Positions 60,734 through 64,000 of a stretch of 64,000 bases of DNA are shown one piece after another; within the stretch, counting starts at the first letter, position 1, and each line of letters begins with the position of its first letter. Origin of the DNA: Octopus sinensis (lineage: Eukaryota). Position numbers and translations under genes: made by a program. The stretch lies in assembly GCF_006345805.1 (NCBI RefSeq), contig NC_043001.1:14756001-14820000 (forward strand), given 5' to 3'. The notes under the pieces were generated by a model. It was not told the origin of the DNA. It was given only the letters and a program-made list of their open reading frames with translations, and made no database searches.

Positions 60734-61462
60734 GAAGAAGAAAGACTGATGTATCATTTACAACATAGTTTGCATCCAACGATGTTAACAAGTTCTTTGG
60801 GTGTGGATACATTTGCTTCCGTCGTTAAGAGAGGGGGATTGACTTTGTGCAAGGCTTTTTCTCGCTTTTAAAAAGCTTCAAGAACAGACACTGTTTGATT
60901 TTTTTTTTTTCATATCTCTATTAAAATTTGTATAATATGCTGCATGTTGTGGTTGGTCGTGGCCGAAAGGGACAAAACGTTGAATAAAAAATTTCATGAA
61001 AGAATTAGGGTGTGAGAGGTCGGATGATGAGGCTTTCAGGGCGCCTGCAACATGGAGAGCCCGTTGTTGTCACATCTGTGAAGGGGAGTGTAGAGATCCC
61101 TGGCGAGGCCGGCGTGGGGTGGGGGTAGGGAGTGGTGGCGCATCCGTGCTGCTCGTGATTGGGTGAGCAGTCAAGTGATGATAGTTCTTGAAATCGAATT
61201 AGAACCATCGTACATATTTGTGAATGATTGTATGTATATGTATGTATGCATGTATATGAGCATGTGTATGTATGAATTCTGTGTATATGTGTGTGCGTGT
61301 GTTACTATGTATATATGTAAGTGTGTGTGTGTATGCAAGACATACAACATACCTATTACATATAGCTAAATGCATAACGAATCGGGCCTTAATACAAATC
61401 ACTTATTTCTCTGAGAATCAGCTGGACAGAGGGTACATATATACCCTATTCAAGAAAAAGGG

Positions 61463-61517
<55 letters not shown>

Positions 61518-61522
<5 letters not shown>

Positions 61523-61660
61523 AAATGGGACAAGAACGCAAAACATCCAGATAGACGATACAAAAAAAAAACACGGACGGGTCATTCGAAGCCTTTAATC
61601 TTCAGTCAAGTACCGGATCATCCTCGCGATTTCGGCTCTATTTCAATCATATTGGTGTCT
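61518..61660 (-). mobile_element. Family C fragment with hammerhead-like motif (61590-61637)
   Basis: Minus AGCC GAAA UCGCGAGGAUGAU C CGGUACUUG A CUGAAGA UUAAA GGCU. Confidence 0.6.
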
Positions 61661-61933
61661 TTTAAAATCGCTTGCCCTGGCTTTTAGTACCTGGGTTCGT
61701 TCACGAGCCATCAGCCACAAGCTATTAGCCATTAAGCCGTAACAACAAGGCTTTGATGAAAGATACAAATAGATGGTGAAAGAAAACTCTCTCTCTCTCA
61801 CACACACACATGCACACTTTACATTACTTAACTGGATGTCGTGTTACTGACATGTAGAATCAGCATATTCATTCAGTGGGGAATACTTAAGTTATATAAC
61901 AAATGGAATCATTCGTCGAGTGTTTTTAGAAAC

Positions 61934-61988
<55 letters not shown>

Positions 61989-62499
61989 TGCAGAATAAAT
62001 AGAAAAGAACTTGTGAAATGAATTAATGGAGCAGCAAAAATGTGTGTATATATATATATATATCCACGTACATCTACACTATTCTCTTTATATACGCTTG
62101 AAAAAATACAACATACATACACGCATTAATTCATACATTTTTAAATATATGCATGTATGCATATTTATACATATGTATGAATATATAATCATACGTTTGT
62201 GTATATGTATGTATATTAGTATGCAAAACCTATATATATATATATGTATGTATGTGTGTGTGTGTATGTGTATATATGTATGTATATACATACATATACC
62301 TGCATATATATGTGTGTTTGTATGTATATACATACTTATGTCTGCATATATATGTGTGTATATATGTGTATACACATACATGTCTGCATATATATATATA
62401 TATGCGTGTGTGTATATACATACATATGTCTGCATATATATATATGTGTGTGCGTGTGTGTACGTGTATGTGTATGAGTGTGTATGTATATGTGTGCAT

Positions 62500-62710
62500 T
62501 TGTTTGTGTGTCTGTTTGTTCCGCCAACATCGCTTGCCAACCGATGCTGGTTTGTTTACATCCCTGTCCCGTAACTTAGCGGTTTGGCATAAGACCCCGA
62601 TATAATAAGTACTAGGCTTACAAAGAATCAGTGCTGGGATCGATTTGCTCGGCTAAAGGCGGTGCTCCAGCATGGCTCCAGTCAAATTACTAAAATGTAA
62701 AAGAATACAA
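62500..62710 (+). mobile_element. CORE-SINE 3' half
   Basis: Family tail. Confidence 0.8.
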
Positions 62711-62985
62711 GAATATATATACATACACACGCGTGTACACGTTTACCAACGTATATAGACATGGATTCTCTTTCCGCCATCTTTTCACCAACTCTCTCGT
62801 ACACACACACATACATAGACGTATATACATATACGCGCATTCATGAAGAAACATACCATAAAATAGAATAATTATATCAGGAAGTATAATGAATAATGGA
62901 TGATGAGTGAAGAAAAGGAAAATATAAAAGAATAAGAAAAATAACGTCAATGGATAAAGACATTTGAATAAATCATTTTCAGAAA

Positions 62986-63015
62986 ACTAGCAGAGATACC
63001 CGGCGTTGCTCGGGA
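62986..63015 (-). mobile_element. Helitron 3' terminus fragment
   Basis: CTAGCAGAGATACCCGGCGTTGCTCGGG. Confidence 0.6.
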
Positions 63016-63102
63016 CTAAAACTGCATACTTTTTTTTTATTAGAAATATTACATTTCTAAATATCTCAGAGATATATATGCAGTAGTGGTACGATAGAGT
63101 AA

Positions 63103-64000
63103 GGCGGCGTGCTGGCAGAAACGTTAGCACGCTGGGCGAAATGCATAGCCGTATTTCGTCTGCCGTTACGTTCTGAGTTCAAATTCCGCCGAGGTCGACT
63201 TTGCCTTTCATCCTTTCTGGGTCGATAAATTAAGTACCAGTTACGCACTGGGGTCGATGTAATCTTGGTGGATTCCTCCTTTTCGCCTTCGGCCCAGTGC
63301 GTCCATGCTGCCAACAACGCACGCGGAATTCTGTTCTTGATTCGACGGTCATTCGGAATGCTCACAGCAGCCATATTCCTACCACTCTATGTCACGCTGG
63401 TGAGACCCATATTGGAGTATGGGATTCAAGCCTCTTCTCCTTATCTCCTCAAAGACATACAGCATCTCGAAAGAGTCCAGAAGCTGGCTACCCGCATGGT
63501 TCATGGTTTCAAAAATTTGTCCTACGAAGAAAGGCTGAGGACGCTCGACCTTTATTCTCTTGAAAAACGCCGCCGCCGTGGTGATCTCATTCTCGCCCAC
63601 AACATCATAAGCGGAAAGTGTAACCTCTCGAAAGAGCTGTTCTTCACTCCTGCTCCAGAGTGTCGGCTGCGGGGTCATTCCGAAAAGCTCTACCTGCGAC
63701 GATTTCATCTCAATCGAAGGAAAGGAGCTTTCTCCGTCCGGGTTGCGGATCCGTGGAACAAGCTGCCAGACGAGATGGTGAAGATGCCGATGACCGCTTT
63801 GTTCAAAGTCTCCCTTGACCTCAAGTGGCCTGAACTCTTTACATGAACACCACCCTGTACTTAACTCCATGTCCCCCTACATGGCCTTGCTATTTGCTTT
63901 TGAGCCAAATTAACTAACTAACTAACTAACTAATCGACTTAATCCGTTTGTCTGTCCTTGTTTGTCCCCTCTGTGTTTAGCCCCTTGTGGGTAGTAAAGA
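63103..64000 (+). mobile_element. Meta-like SINE interrupted by a CR1 LINE
   Basis: SINE sequence GGGTCGATGTAATC|GACTTAATCC is split at 63264/63936. Confidence 0.9.
63265..63930 (+). mobile_element. 5'-truncated CR1-clade LINE (ORF2 C-terminus, 3' UTR, (AACT)n tail)
   Basis: 193 stop-free codons: LYVTLVRPILEYG...LERVQKLATRMV...YEERLRTLDLYSLEKRRRRGDLI...FSVRVADPWNKLP; TSD TAATC (63260-63264, 63931-63935). Confidence 0.93.

Noticed and set aside
61000-61200. GC-rich segment with GATGATGAGGC
   Set aside because: No HHR GAAA element, no recognisable ORF, no TIR or TSD

Overview
AT-rich, microsatellite-dense animal DNA made almost entirely of repeats. The SINE/LINE/Helitron content suggests an octopus (cephalopod) genome; this is an inference, no search was run. 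I recognise no host protein-coding gene, and nearly all listed ORFs are artefacts of (CA)n, (TA)n, (TATG)n or trinucleotide tracts. Recognisable coding remnants all belong to transposons: R4/Dong restriction-like endonuclease (13.4-13.8 kb), CR1 ORF2 end (63.3-63.8 kb), RTE ends including a triple-C2H2 tail (36.0-36.4 kb), Tx1-like ends, Gypsy integrase (6.8-7.2 kb), two Tc1/mariner transposases, two Merlin transposase N-termini and a Penelope GIY-YIG C-terminus (23.1 kb). The strongest unexplained signal is a set of hammerhead-ribozyme (HHR) elements. A perfect 138-bp inverted repeat has a canonical type I HHR in its loop (16190-16566). A tRNA-headed SINE carries an HHR plus an inverted copy of its 3' cleavage product (29821-30138). 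A third fold-back (21953-22473) has a decayed HHR. Three dispersed families carry intact, A6U-variant or apparently permuted (type II-like) HHR cores. Together these suggest non-autonomous, ribozyme-processed retroelements moved by Penelope machinery. Other notable structure: GG-ended MITEs with 8-9-bp target-site duplications (TSDs), probably Merlin-mobilised and some carrying telomere-like repeats; SINE multimers with an invariant junction; and a Helitron terminal hairpin whose loop is flipped between copies. All coordinates and alignments were read by eye.
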